From assembly GCA_041946805.1 (NCBI GenBank), contig JBHGBC010000003.1, positions 63,149-127,148 of the forward strand: a stretch of DNA of 64,000 nucleotides, given 5' to 3'. The notes beneath the pieces were generated by a model. It was not told the DNA's origin and did no database searches. It saw only the letters and a list, made by a program, of their open reading frames with translations. Position 1 is the stretch's first letter. Every line of letters starts with the position of its first letter. Position numbers and translations under genes: made by a program. This document shows positions 31,951 to 42,359 of the stretch, piece by piece. The DNA comes from a bacterium (GTDB lineage Bacteria; Hinthialibacterota; Hinthialibacteria; Hinthialibacterales; Hinthialibacteraceae).

Positions 31951-32964
31951 CTACCCCTTGGCTGCGGCCCGGGGTTCATCGTAATAGACCTGCGTCGTAA
32001 ATTTGTTGATGTCGATCGCGAGTTCGCTGAATTCATCGAAAATGACGGAAAACGGGCGTTTCTGACCGGCTTGGAGCGCCCCGATGGCAATCGTTTTGGT
32101 CCCTTGGACGGTATCGTAGAAATCGTAGATAGTGGCTTCCACCTGCACGTTGGTGACATCATACAAACCCTGATTTTCCACCTGGCCGCTCAGCCGGAGG
32201 GTTTCAGTCTTCCCCAGCCAGTTTTCCCGCTCCACCCGTTCGATCCGGGCGCCGACCACCCGGACCGGGCCGGGAGGAGTCACTCCGGGGAGAGATTCCC
32301 GCGCCGTGAATTCTCCCGCGCCGGTGATCCGGACCCGCTCGCGGATCGTGTTTTTTTCGAGGTAGGCCGGATCGAGTTTCGCGGCCTTTTCGTATTCCTT
32401 GATGGCGTCCGCCAGGCGTCCCGCTTTCCAGTACAGGTCACCGAGTTGGAAATGATATTCCGCGCTGTTGGGATTCTGAGCGGCAAATTGCTCGATTTTT
32501 TGTATTTCCTGGAGCAGTTCATCCTGTTTATGGGCCAAGGTCTGGTCGTGGGCCTGGATTTTCTCGTTGATTTTGGCCATCAGCTCCTCCGCTTCCTGGC
32601 GGTAGCTGCTGGGATTCTCTTTCGTCAAGGTAGTCAGCGTGGCGCGCGAATCGGCGTACTGGCCGAGCAAAAATTGACAAAGCGCCATTTGATAACGCGC
32701 ATAGGGAAGGTCTTTTTTGTCCTTGTTGGGATAGGGAGAGAGCACGTATCCGGAATATTTCAGCAACGCGGTTTTGTATTGGCCCTTTTCGAAAAACCGG
32801 TCTGCTTCTCCGAGGAGGCTTACCTTCGTGTAATTGGCCTGGATGGAGCCGCCGGTGGTCACACAAGCGGACACCCACCACACCACGCAAACCATCATGG
32901 CGGCCAGGCCGATCCCTGGTTTCCAGAAGCGTTCCCGTTGAAAGATCAAAGCCGTCAACCTCAA
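31951..32964 (-). CDS. TPR lipoprotein (BamD-like N-terminus) with C-terminal FxLYD-like beta domain; start uncertain (32964 TTG or 32898 ATG)
   Basis: Lipobox VSAC; TPR helices; LSGQVEN...VEATIYD. The called start at 33018 lies inside a MITE. Confidence 0.75.
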   Translation of the reverse strand: MRLTALIFQRERFWKPGIGLAAMMVCVVWWVSACVTTGGSIQANYTKVSLLGEADRFFEKGQYKTALLKYSGYVLSPYPNKDKKDLPYARYQMALCQFLLGQYADSRATLTTLTKENPSSYRQEAEELMAKINEKIQAHDQTLAHKQDELLQEIQKIEQFAAQNPNSAEYHFQLGDLYWKAGRLADAIKEYEKAAKLDPAYLEKNTIRERVRITGAGEFTARESLPGVTPPGPVRVVGARIERVERENWLGKTETLRLSGQVENQGLYDVTNVQVEATIYDFYDTVQGTKTIAIGALQAGQKRPFSVIFDEFSELAIDINKFTTQVYYDEPRAAAKG

Positions 32965-32980
32965 TAGATCAAGAAATTGG

Positions 32981-33227
32981 GTTTCCTCCGGCAAGTGCGT
33001 ACAGGATGGGAGAATCATATTTCAATTCCCAGACTCCGAACCGAAGGGGACTCATGGCCTTCCCGGCCAGCGTTGAGGAACCCGCCGAGGGGATCGGCGC
33101 CGGGGAAAGGCTTTCCCTCACCCTGACCCACTCCCCGAGGGAGAGGGAATTCCGGATGGCTCTCTCCCCCCTGTCGAATCGATCTCCGGCCAGTCCCGGA
33201 AAAATGCACGCACTCCTCGGATGAACC
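32981..33227. mobile_element. MITE family A, copy 2 (247 bp)
   Basis: TIRs GTTTCCTCCGGCAAGTGCGTA and GGTTCATCCGAGGAGTGCGTG (rc); flanks GAAATTGG / GATATTGG. Confidence 0.75.
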
Positions 33228-33623
33228 GATATTGGGACCTTCCCAACCGGTGATGGCTCAGCGCCATTCACCGGAATCCCATACACCTTACACCTAAGGG
33301 GACGGAAGGCGCAATCCAAAATGTTCCTGCCTGTTAGACCTTAGCACTGAATCGCAGGCTATGTAACCATTTTGACGTTATGAATTGAGAAGCTATTTAA
33401 CGATTTCTTCATCTAGTATAATGGAATCATACGATTATGTCTCTATGCAGGGGAAGTGGAATGTGGTTTTTTTGCCACAGTGAGGTAATTTTTTTCAGGT
33501 TTATCCGTGAGGGAAAGGCGACCCGCGCGGTGGAAGCCCCGTCCCCCCAATCTGTCACCTTAGGCTTTTTCCGTTTTATAGGACGGTGGAATGCGCAACG
33601 CTTTGAGATCACCCGGCAAGACT

Positions 33624-35216
33624 TTATTCGCCGGGCGATACCCGGATGATCAGGGGCAGGCCCGCCTCGATCTGAACCGGGATACCGTTTCTCAGTTCGC
33701 TTCCCTTGATTGTGGCGGGATCTTGGGCGCCCATGGTCACCCGGTATGAGATATCCGGATCCACCGTGAACCACTCGGGGAACTGGTTGATGCGGGGGTA
33801 ATCCAGGGGCAGGTGAAAATAAATCCGATGGCGGGGGATATCGAATTTCACCACGCCGGACCATTGCCAATCCCCGGTCAGAGAAAGCACCACGCCTTCG
33901 TTGTCCCGCGCGCCGCCGAGCGCCAGATCCGCCCGCCAGGGATGCGCGCTGGCGCCCTGGGATTTCCAGAGAGCGTACATCAAGGCCGTCCGGGTGAAGT
34001 TGCCATCGCCGTGCCAGCCCTCGATAATCCCATCCGGGCGCTGCTTGGCGAGCAGGATTTTCATGCTTTGATCGACCCAGGCGAAGCCGCTGTCCACCGG
34101 AACACGGTTCAAGAGGTTGATGCCGCCTTCCACGCTGTCCGCGTAGCCGTCGGCCCCCCGGTTTTCCCAGGGATAATCCAGATATTTGTGGATACTTTCA
34201 AGCACACGGCGGACCGCCTCCGCGTAACGGGGTTCGGTATCAAGCTGGGCGACGGTCAGGATGGCGTTGTAGTCATACCCCCAGTTGTCTGTCAGTTCCC
34301 CAGTCACCACCGTTCCTGTCCGGGGATTGATCTGCATGTGGAACAGCCCGTCTTCGTTGGCCGCCACTTCCAGGATACGGTCCAGCAAGCGGTGGATGGG
34401 GGCGCGGTACGATTCGCGGCGGGCGGTATCTTTATAAGCGGCCAGGACGTACGCTTCGGAAAGGCCGCCGATGATCTCACAGCCGTGGTCGTCCAGGCTC
34501 AGTTTCTCCTCATCGGCGGGGTGGCGGTCCAACAGGAAATAATCGGCGATCCGGAACGCCCATTCCTGGTACCGTTCATCGCCGGTCATCCAGTACAGCC
34601 GGCAGAGCGTCTGGAGTTGATCGCCGTTGACCTCATGGTCCCCCGCCGGGAGTTTGCCGCGGGGGGTATCCACCGGCGCGTGTTTCCAAACGGAATCCAT
34701 GATGCCGATCATCCGGCCGGTCCATTCCGTCGGACCCAGCCACTCGGTCAGGGGCATCAAGCCGTCCTTCATGTATTCCGATCCGCCGAAAATCAGCCGG
34801 GGCAGCCCAATTTCAGGATTCGCGAATTTTTGCGTGGCGAAGTCGAAATCGTCCGGGAGGTTGTCCAACCGGTTGGTCAGGCGGATTTCGGCTTGCAGCA
34901 TCTGCCGCAGGGTGGATTGGTAGAGATCCCGGTCGAGCAGCGAGGCGGCCAGCACCATGAAGGGATAGTTGTCCGCGGCGGAATCCTGGGCATTCCAGAA
35001 CCGGGAACGGGTCAGGTTGCGCGGGATCAGCCCCGAGGCCGGGTCCCGGTGCGCCAGCCAGCCGTATAGATACCGGTAACAGTGCCGTAAGGCCTCCTGC
35101 GCCGGCCAGGCGTTGCGCTCCGCCTGGATAAACAAGGGGGAGGAGTCTCCCGGCCAAGCGGAAAGGGAAAGAACCGTAGCGGCCAGGAGGATGGTCCCGG
35201 CCATGCGTTTCATCAT
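33624..35216 (-). CDS. Secreted hypothetical protein, possibly (alpha/alpha)6 glycosidase-like
   Basis: Signal MMKRMAGTILLAATVLSLSA after GGAGG; helical W/D/E-rich repeats. The fold is inferred. Confidence 0.65.
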   Translation of the reverse strand: MMKRMAGTILLAATVLSLSAWPGDSSPLFIQAERNAWPAQEALRHCYRYLYGWLAHRDPASGLIPRNLTRSRFWNAQDSAADNYPFMVLAASLLDRDLYQSTLRQMLQAEIRLTNRLDNLPDDFDFATQKFANPEIGLPRLIFGGSEYMKDGLMPLTEWLGPTEWTGRMIGIMDSVWKHAPVDTPRGKLPAGDHEVNGDQLQTLCRLYWMTGDERYQEWAFRIADYFLLDRHPADEEKLSLDDHGCEIIGGLSEAYVLAAYKDTARRESYRAPIHRLLDRILEVAANEDGLFHMQINPRTGTVVTGELTDNWGYDYNAILTVAQLDTEPRYAEAVRRVLESIHKYLDYPWENRGADGYADSVEGGINLLNRVPVDSGFAWVDQSMKILLAKQRPDGIIEGWHGDGNFTRTALMYALWKSQGASAHPWRADLALGGARDNEGVVLSLTGDWQWSGVVKFDIPRHRIYFHLPLDYPRINQFPEWFTVDPDISYRVTMGAQDPATIKGSELRNGIPVQIEAGLPLIIRVSPGE

Positions 35217-35702
35217 GATTGATCCTCCTTGAATGAATGGAGTTGATTCATCGCGGCAATCCAACCGGCAGTATCCCCAATCGAGACGGGACGGGACAGG
35301 CTGGGATTTCATCTTACCATACCGGGAGCGGGAGGGATATTGGGATATAGGTCCATGGAAGAGTGTAAGCAGGATCAGCCCCTGCGATGGCGAAGGGTTT
35401 GGATTGGGATTGACAGAGGACAGAAAACGAACAGATATCGCGATACGAGTGGCTTTCCTCACTCAGGCCTTCTCCGAGGGGGAGAAGGAATTTCTTGGTT
35501 ACCCAACATTCCAATACCTTTCCCGGGTGAAATGATCTCCCGCCCTTCCCCCAACCGCGGGTCCATAAATCCAAAGCCGCCTGAATCACCGTATTCGATC
35601 CTGCGGATCCGGACGTTTCCAGGAAACCTGTCCGCATAGCCAACCGTCATCCGGCGATATACAATAAAACCACATCCATCCCTGAGGCAAGGATAAGAAA
35701 CT

Positions 35703-36662
35703 ATGGAATCCAGGATTTACGACACCATCATTATCGGCGCGGGGCCCGCGGGCCTGGCCGCCGCCCTGTATACCGCCCGGGGCCGGTTGAGCACCCTGGT
35801 GATCGAAAAAGGAGTCAGTGGAGGGCAAATATCACTGACGGAAGCGGTGGAGAATTATCCGGGATTTCCCGAACCGGTCACGGGCCTCGATCTGGCGGAC
35901 CGGTTTCAAAAGCAGGCGGAGCATTTCGGCGCCCAGGTGATCAACGCGACCGTCCGTGAGATCCGGCCGGTGGGGAAGCAGTTCATCATCGTGGCGGACA
36001 AGAAAGAGTACACGGCGCGCACGGTCATCTGCGCGATGGGGGCGGATCCCCGCAAATTGGGCGTACCCGGCGAGGAAAAGAACGTGGGCACGGGCGTCTC
36101 GTACTGCGCGACCTGCGACGGCGCCTTTTTCCGCGACAAGAAGGTGATCGTAGTGGGCGGCGGTGACGCGGCGGTGGAAGAAGGCTTGTTTCTCACCCGC
36201 TACGCCTCCTCGGTGACGTTGATCCACCGGCGCAACGAGTTGCGGGCCAGCAAGATCCTGCAGGAACGCGCGCTGGCCCATCCCCAGATGAGTTTCATCT
36301 GGGACACCGTGGTCAAGGAGATCGTCAGCAACGGCAAGGTCAAGCATGTGGTCTTGCGTAATGTGAAAACCAACGAACTGCGCGAGTTCCCCACGGACGG
36401 CGTATTCATCTTTGTCGGCCACATCCCCAACACGGGGCTGGTGGAAAACCTGGTGGAGTTGGATGAAAACAAGTTGATCAAGGTGGATTTGTGGATGCGC
36501 ACTTCGCTTCCCGGGATGTTCGCCTGCGGAGACTGCCGCACCCAGGCCGCCCGCCAGCTGGCCAGTTCGGCGGGCGATGGCGTGACCGCCGCCATCGCCG
36601 CCGCCAAGTACGTGGATGAACTGAAAGCGGAAGAAGAATCCACGGCGCGGGTTTCATCTTGA
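35703..36662 (+). CDS. trxB: Thioredoxin reductase
   Basis: GAGPAG, ENYPGF, CATCDG, GGGDAA and HRR. Confidence 0.97.
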   Translation: MESRIYDTIIIGAGPAGLAAALYTARGRLSTLVIEKGVSGGQISLTEAVENYPGFPEPVTGLDLADRFQKQAEHFGAQVINATVREIRPVGKQFIIVADKKEYTARTVICAMGADPRKLGVPGEEKNVGTGVSYCATCDGAFFRDKKVIVVGGGDAAVEEGLFLTRYASSVTLIHRRNELRASKILQERALAHPQMSFIWDTVVKEIVSNGKVKHVVLRNVKTNELREFPTDGVFIFVGHIPNTGLVENLVELDENKLIKVDLWMRTSLPGMFACGDCRTQAARQLASSAGDGVTAAIAAAKYVDELKAEEESTARVSS

Positions 36663-36722
36663 AATATCCGTCTCGGGGGGGAGGAAAGGAAAGCGGCGCG
36701 GGGGACCGCTTACGGCGCGAAC

Positions 36723-37535
36723 ATGAATGGAGCGATTGATCCTGGATTCAATCTGGGGGCAATATTGGGCCATATCGGCCGGCGCACCGCCGATTTCTTC
36801 GACAGCGCCGGACGCCTGACGCAGCTGTTCCTCCAGACCGTCTATCTCTGTTTCCGGCCGCCCTGGCGGATCCGGCTGACCATTGAACAGATGGTGTTGA
36901 TCGGCGTGATGTCGGTCCCCATCGCCCTGCTGACCGCGGTCTTCACCGGCATGGTGCTGGTGCTGCAAACCGGCACGCAACTCCGCCCCATGGGGATGAA
37001 AGTGTACGCCAGTGGCATCTCGGCGATCAGTTTCGCGCGGGAAATCGGACCGGTGCTGACCTCGGTGGTCCTGGCCGGACGGGTTTCCGCGGGCATCACC
37101 GCCGAGATCGGGACCATGAAGGTCACCGAACAGATCGACGCCCTGAAAACCCTGGGGACCAATCCCGTCAGTTACCTGGTGGTGCCCCGGTTCATCGCCG
37201 CGACGGTCATGTTCCCCGCCCTGACGATCCTGGCCATCGCGGTGGGCATCGGCGGCGGATTCGTCGTCGGGATCACGATCCTGCAGATCACTCCCGGCAT
37301 GTACATCACCAACATCTGGAAATTCCTGACCCTGCAGGATTATTTCAGCGGCCTCTTCAAAACCATCTTCTTCGGCATGATCGTGGGGATCGTGGGGTGT
37401 TTCAAGGGATTCGAAACCGGATTCGGCGCGCAAGGGGTGGGCGAAGCCACCACGCAATCGGTGGTCATGTCCTCCATTCTGATCCTGGTGGCCAACTTTC
37501 TCTTAACGACATGGATCATTCAGATCTTTCCCTAG
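36723..37535 (+). CDS. mlaE: MlaE-family ABC permease
   Basis: REIGPVLT, AEIGTMKVTEQIDAL and GVGEATT. Confidence 0.93.
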   Translation: MNGAIDPGFNLGAILGHIGRRTADFFDSAGRLTQLFLQTVYLCFRPPWRIRLTIEQMVLIGVMSVPIALLTAVFTGMVLVLQTGTQLRPMGMKVYASGISAISFAREIGPVLTSVVLAGRVSAGITAEIGTMKVTEQIDALKTLGTNPVSYLVVPRFIAATVMFPALTILAIAVGIGGGFVVGITILQITPGMYITNIWKFLTLQDYFSGLFKTIFFGMIVGIVGCFKGFETGFGAQGVGEATTQSVVMSSILILVANFLLTTWIIQIFP

Positions 37536-37594
37536 ATTCTCCTCACGGGCCGGAGGGATTTCCCGGATCCACCGGCGGCGGATCCAACGGCGAG

Positions 37595-38341
37595 ATGATC
37601 CGGCTGGACAACGTGTATAAAACGTTGGGCGGGAAGCCGATTTTGCGGGGCGCCACGCTGGCCATCTTTCCCGGCGAAACCCGGGTCATCATCGGGCGCA
37701 GCGGCGAGGGGAAAAGCGTTCTGATCAAGCACATATGCGGCCTGTTCCGTCCGGACGCGGGGGAGGTGTACGTGGACGGCGCCGAGATCTCGCGGCTGAA
37801 CGAACATGAGCTGACACCCATCCGCCGGAAAATCGGGCTGCTCTTTCAAAACGCGGCGTTGTTCGATTCGCTGAACGTGCTGCACAACGTGGGCTTCACG
37901 CTATACGAGGAACGCAAGTTGCCGGAAAGCGAGATCCGCGGACGGGTCCTGGAAACCCTGAAAATGGTCCGGCTGGGCGACATTCTCGACAAGATGCCCT
38001 CCGAACTGTCCGGCGGGATGCGGAAACGGGTGGGGCTGGCGCGGGCCATCATCCAGAATCCCAAGATCCTGCTGTACGATGAGCCCACCACCGGCCTCGA
38101 TCCGGTCACCTCGGACGCAATCAACGATTTGATCATCCAGTTGGCCGAGGATCTGCGGGTCACGTCCGTGGTGATCACCCATGACATGGTGAGCGCCTTC
38201 AAGGTCGCCACCCAGATCTCGATGCTCTTCGAGGGCCGTTTTCATTTTACCGGCACACCCGAGGAGACCCGGAAAACCGGAGACGAGATCATCCAGCAAT
38301 TCATTCAAGGGCGGTCGGAAGGACCCTTGACGAACATGTAG
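37595..38341 (+). CDS. mlaF: MlaF-family ABC ATPase
   Basis: GRSGEGKS, FQNAALFDSL, LSGGMRKR and YDEPTTGLDP. Confidence 0.93.
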   Translation: MIRLDNVYKTLGGKPILRGATLAIFPGETRVIIGRSGEGKSVLIKHICGLFRPDAGEVYVDGAEISRLNEHELTPIRRKIGLLFQNAALFDSLNVLHNVGFTLYEERKLPESEIRGRVLETLKMVRLGDILDKMPSELSGGMRKRVGLARAIIQNPKILLYDEPTTGLDPVTSDAINDLIIQLAEDLRVTSVVITHDMVSAFKVATQISMLFEGRFHFTGTPEETRKTGDEIIQQFIQGRSEGPLTNM

Positions 38342-38373
38342 ATCAACCGGAGCCACCGAAAAACCGAGGCGTT

Positions 38374-39876
38374 ATGAACAAGGAAGCCAGATTGGGATTG
38401 TTTGTCGTCACCGTGTTCCTGGTATTGCTTTTTTTCACGATCAACATGGGGAAGGGATTTCTCAAAAGCAAAACCGACCACTATCCCGTGTATTTCACCA
38501 ACGTGGGCACGCTGGAAGTCGGCGCGCCCGTCAAGCAGGCGGGCTTCGACGTGGGCGAAGTCATGGGCCTGGCGATTGAAACCGTGCACGAGCCGACGCC
38601 TACGGTGTACGTCGTGGTGAACATCCAGGTCTCGGAAGACGCGATGATCTCGCACGATTCCAAGGCTTCGATCCAAACCCTGGGCATGATGGGGGAAAAA
38701 TACCTGGAGATCACATTCGGCAGCGAAGGCAAGGCGCCGCCGGGAACCCGCATCGAGGGCCAGGGGCCGGTGGACCTGGACCGGGTGATGGAGGTGGCGG
38801 TCAACCTGACCCACGAGGTGGAGGAGACCGTCCGGGCCTTCAACAACATTATCGCCAACGAGGAGCTGCAGAAGAACATCGTCCAGTTGATCGCCAACCT
38901 GGAGCAGGTATCCAACCAGATCAACGAGGTCGTCGGCGGGGAAGAACAGCCCTTGAAAAACATCCTGGCCAATACCCAGGCCGCCTCCGCCAACCTCAAG
39001 AACATGATGGCCACCGCCGAGTTGTTCGTTACGGACGCGCGCGCCCTGATCAACGAAACCCGCCCGCACTTGACGAAAACCCTGCAAAACACCGCCGGTT
39101 TCAGCCAAACCCTGCGGGAAGACATCTCCGGCCCGCTGGTGCGCATGGCCACCCAGATCGAAGTGCTCTCCAGTCAATTGAAAGAGACGATGGAAAAAAC
39201 CGACCGGATCATCGCCCAATTGGAAATCCTGGTGGAGGAAAGCCGGCCCGACGTCCGCGAGACCATCACCAATATCAAGGATTTCACGGCCCAGGCCAAA
39301 AGCGCGTCCGAGCGGATCGATTCCATGCTGAACCAGATCCAAACCGGCGAGGGGCTGGTCAGCCAGCTCATCTACGACAAGGAACTGTCGGAGTCCACGA
39401 AGTCGGCCATCCACCAGACCTCGAAAGTCATGAACAACGTCTCCACGATCGGCGACCGCTTGTCCTTCGAAGTGGACGCCTTCTATTTTCCCGACCGGCC
39501 CCGCTTCAACGAGCATGACAACAACGCCCGCGTGGATATGGGGATCGCTTTCGACTTCACCGACAAAATGTACGCCTTCCTGGGCGGCAACAACATCGGC
39601 GCGTCCAACGAGCTCGAAGCCCAGCTCGGCTACCACCTGGGTCCCTTCACCGTCCACGGGGGCGTGATCGAATCCGAACTGGGACTGGGCCTCGTCTGGG
39701 AGCCGTTCGACCGGCTGCTGTTCGGCCTGGAAGGCGTAGGGCTCACCGACAAGGACAAGGAGCGGCTGGACGCGTATTCGGAAATCCGGATCTGGAATGA
39801 GCTGTACCTGATAGGGGGCGTGCAGGACATTACCGACGAACAGTTCCCGAACATCGGGATGAAAATGCGGTTCTGA
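38374..39876 (+). CDS. mlaD: MCE/MlaD protein with long helical region and C-terminal beta-barrel-like domain
   Basis: TM helix; L.VGAPV..AG..VG.V; GMMGEKYLEI; terminal amphipathic strands ending GMKMRF. Confidence 0.85.
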   Translation: MNKEARLGLFVVTVFLVLLFFTINMGKGFLKSKTDHYPVYFTNVGTLEVGAPVKQAGFDVGEVMGLAIETVHEPTPTVYVVVNIQVSEDAMISHDSKASIQTLGMMGEKYLEITFGSEGKAPPGTRIEGQGPVDLDRVMEVAVNLTHEVEETVRAFNNIIANEELQKNIVQLIANLEQVSNQINEVVGGEEQPLKNILANTQAASANLKNMMATAELFVTDARALINETRPHLTKTLQNTAGFSQTLREDISGPLVRMATQIEVLSSQLKETMEKTDRIIAQLEILVEESRPDVRETITNIKDFTAQAKSASERIDSMLNQIQTGEGLVSQLIYDKELSESTKSAIHQTSKVMNNVSTIGDRLSFEVDAFYFPDRPRFNEHDNNARVDMGIAFDFTDKMYAFLGGNNIGASNELEAQLGYHLGPFTVHGGVIESELGLGLVWEPFDRLLFGLEGVGLTDKDKERLDAYSEIRIWNELYLIGGVQDITDEQFPNIGMKMRF

Positions 39877-39905
39877 TCTCCGCCGCGCGCCTGGGACCGG
39901 TTCTC

Positions 39906-41285
39906 ATGGCGAAACCCAAAACCGTTTATTGCTGCACGGCCTGCGGGCATGTCCACCCCAAGTGGTTCGGCCGCTGTTCCCAATGCGGGGAATGGAATAC
40001 GCTGGTGGAGGAGGTTCCCCGCCCGGCCGGCGCGCGCGAGGAGGTCTTGCGCGCCGCGCCCGGCGCCTCCCACGCCGAATCCCTGGCCACAATCCACGTG
40101 GCGGAGAACCAGCGCTACGCCACCGGCCTGGCCGAGGTGGACCGCGTGCTGGGGGGCGGCATCCTGCCGGGGGCGGCCATCCTGTTGGGCGGCGAGCCGG
40201 GCATCGGCAAATCCACGCTCCTGCTGCAGGCCGCCGATCAGATCGCCGCGCGCTACGGGCGGGTGTTGTACATCAGCGGCGAGGAATCGCCCGCCCAGAT
40301 CAAACTGCGGGCGCAACGTCTCGGCGCGCGGTCGCCCGAGCTGTTCGTGAAGGCCGACAACCAGTTGGAACGCATGATCGCCGAAATCCGCGCGCTGCAG
40401 CCGTTTTTGGCCATCGTCGATTCGATCCAAACGGCCGCCTGGTCCGAGCTGACTTCGGCGCCCGGCTCGGTCGGCCAGGTCCGGGACTGCACCGCCCTGC
40501 TGGTGCGGCTGGCCAAGGAAACCGCGACGCCCATCGTGCTGGTGGGGCATGTCACCAAGGACGGGAACATCGCCGGCCCCCGGATGCTGGAGCACCTGGT
40601 CGATGTCGTGCTGTATTTCGAGGGCGATCCGCACCGGCATTACCGGATTCTGCGGGGGATCAAGAACCGTTTCGGCTCCACGTACGAAATCGGCCTGTTC
40701 GAAATGTCCGAGCGGGGACTGCGCGAAGTGTCCAATCCCGCCGCGGCCTTCGCCGGATCGGGCGGACCGCGGCCGCCCGGATCGGTGGTGACGGTCATGC
40801 TGGAAGGCCACCGGCCCCTGTTGATCGAGGTCCAGGCGCTGGTGGCCCCGTTTCACGGCTACGGATTTCCCCGGCGGACGGTCACCGGCATCGACGCCAA
40901 CCGCCTGGCGATGATCCTGGCCGTGCTGGAGAAACGGCTGAACATTCCCCTCGGCTCGCGGGATGTGTTCGTCAACGTCACGGGAGGAATCACCCTGTCG
41001 GAGCCGGCGGGCGACCTGGGCGTCGCGGCCGCCATTCTGTCCAGCTATTTTGACATTTCTCTGCCTTCGCAGTACATTCTCTTTGGGGAAATCGGTTTAT
41101 CAGGGGAGGTACGCGCCGTGCACGGGGCGGAACCCCGTGTCCGCGAGGCCTGGCAGTTGGGGTATCATTCGGGCATGATCCCCGAGGGCAACGCGCGCGA
41201 ATTAACCCGCCAAGGCATTCTGTTCGAGGGATTCGGCCAGGCGCGCGCGGTCGAGGAAATGAAAACGGCGCTGTTTGAACCATGA
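39906..41285 (+). CDS. radA: DNA repair protein RadA/Sms
   Basis: C4 zinc finger, GEPGIGKST and KNRFG. Confidence 0.98.
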   Translation: MAKPKTVYCCTACGHVHPKWFGRCSQCGEWNTLVEEVPRPAGAREEVLRAAPGASHAESLATIHVAENQRYATGLAEVDRVLGGGILPGAAILLGGEPGIGKSTLLLQAADQIAARYGRVLYISGEESPAQIKLRAQRLGARSPELFVKADNQLERMIAEIRALQPFLAIVDSIQTAAWSELTSAPGSVGQVRDCTALLVRLAKETATPIVLVGHVTKDGNIAGPRMLEHLVDVVLYFEGDPHRHYRILRGIKNRFGSTYEIGLFEMSERGLREVSNPAAAFAGSGGPRPPGSVVTVMLEGHRPLLIEVQALVAPFHGYGFPRRTVTGIDANRLAMILAVLEKRLNIPLGSRDVFVNVTGGITLSEPAGDLGVAAAILSSYFDISLPSQYILFGEIGLSGEVRAVHGAEPRVREAWQLGYHSGMIPEGNARELTRQGILFEGFGQARAVEEMKTALFEP

Positions 41286-42343
41286 CGGAAGAACCTAACA
41301 AGACCCGTTCCGGCAACGACGCGCCCTTTTTAGGCGTGGTGCGGCTGATTTTCATCCTCATGGTGGGGCTGATCACCCACAACTCGGCCACGCTGATCAA
41401 TCCCCACATTCTCAACAAGGACCTGATCTACTACGATTTCTTCGCCATGCTGATCGCGTCCATCCTGGTCGTGATCGAGTGCCAGATCCACTACGCGTTT
41501 CCCCAGGAGCTGCTGATCGGCGTGGTGGGCATGATTCTGGGCCTGGTCACCTCCACCCTGCTGCAGATGGGCCTGCCCAACAACATGGACCCCAAGACCC
41601 TGGACCTGACGCGCATGTCGCTGCACCTGTTCCTGGGCTATTTCGGCGTGGCCATCGCCCTGCGCTACGCCCACCGGTTCGATTTCAGCGCCACGAAAAT
41701 CCTCACCCGCAGCCATGACCGGCTCTACGGCTGCAAGATCCTGGACAGCAGCGTGCTGATCGACGGCCGCATCCTGGAAATCACCGAGGCCGGGTTCCTC
41801 GACGGGCTGGCGGTCATCCCCTCCTTCGTGCTCACCGAATTGCAAAACCTTTCCGATTCGCAGGATCACTTCAAGCGCAGCCGCGGCCGCCGGGGGCTGG
41901 ACATGTCCAAGCGCCTGCAGCGCGTCACCCGCTGTGAAGTGGAAGTGCTGGAGGAGGATTTCCCCAACCTGCCCGACGTGGACAAAAAGCTGCTGGCCCT
42001 TTCCAAGCGGTATGAAGGGACCCTGGTGACCATCGACTTCAATCTGCATAAGGTGGCCGAAATCGAACAGGTGGCGGTGTTGAACATCAACCAGCTGGCT
42101 CAATCGCTGAAAACCGCGGTCCTGCCCGGCGAAACCTTGGAAATTCATCTCCTCCGCGAAGGCAAGGAATCCCACCAGGGTGTCGGATACCTCGAAGACG
42201 GGACGATGGTGGTGGTTGAAAACGGCCGTCACTATCTGGACAAGCAGGTGGAAGTCACGGTTTCCTCGGTGCTGCAAACCTCCGCCGGGCGCCTGATCTT
42301 CGCCAAACTGAAGATGGACGAAGTGCAGGCCAAGACTGCCTGA
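41282..42343 (+). CDS. Membrane PIN/TRAM domain protein (YacL-like)
   Basis: LDSSVLIDGRI, RGRRGLD, GVGYLEDGTMVVVE and LQTSAGR; adjacent to radA. Confidence 0.92.
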   Translation: MTEEPNKTRSGNDAPFLGVVRLIFILMVGLITHNSATLINPHILNKDLIYYDFFAMLIASILVVIECQIHYAFPQELLIGVVGMILGLVTSTLLQMGLPNNMDPKTLDLTRMSLHLFLGYFGVAIALRYAHRFDFSATKILTRSHDRLYGCKILDSSVLIDGRILEITEAGFLDGLAVIPSFVLTELQNLSDSQDHFKRSRGRRGLDMSKRLQRVTRCEVEVLEEDFPNLPDVDKKLLALSKRYEGTLVTIDFNLHKVAEIEQVAVLNINQLAQSLKTAVLPGETLEIHLLREGKESHQGVGYLEDGTMVVVENGRHYLDKQVEVTVSSVLQTSAGRLIFAKLKMDEVQAKTA

Positions 42344-42359
42344 AAAATCCCGACACGGC

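Noticed and set aside
33247..33274. Hairpin CCGGTGATGGC-TCAGC-GCCATTCACCGG as a fluoride or other riboswitch
   Set aside because: It lacks the full consensus and pseudoknot I could verify, and no matching downstream gene is present.
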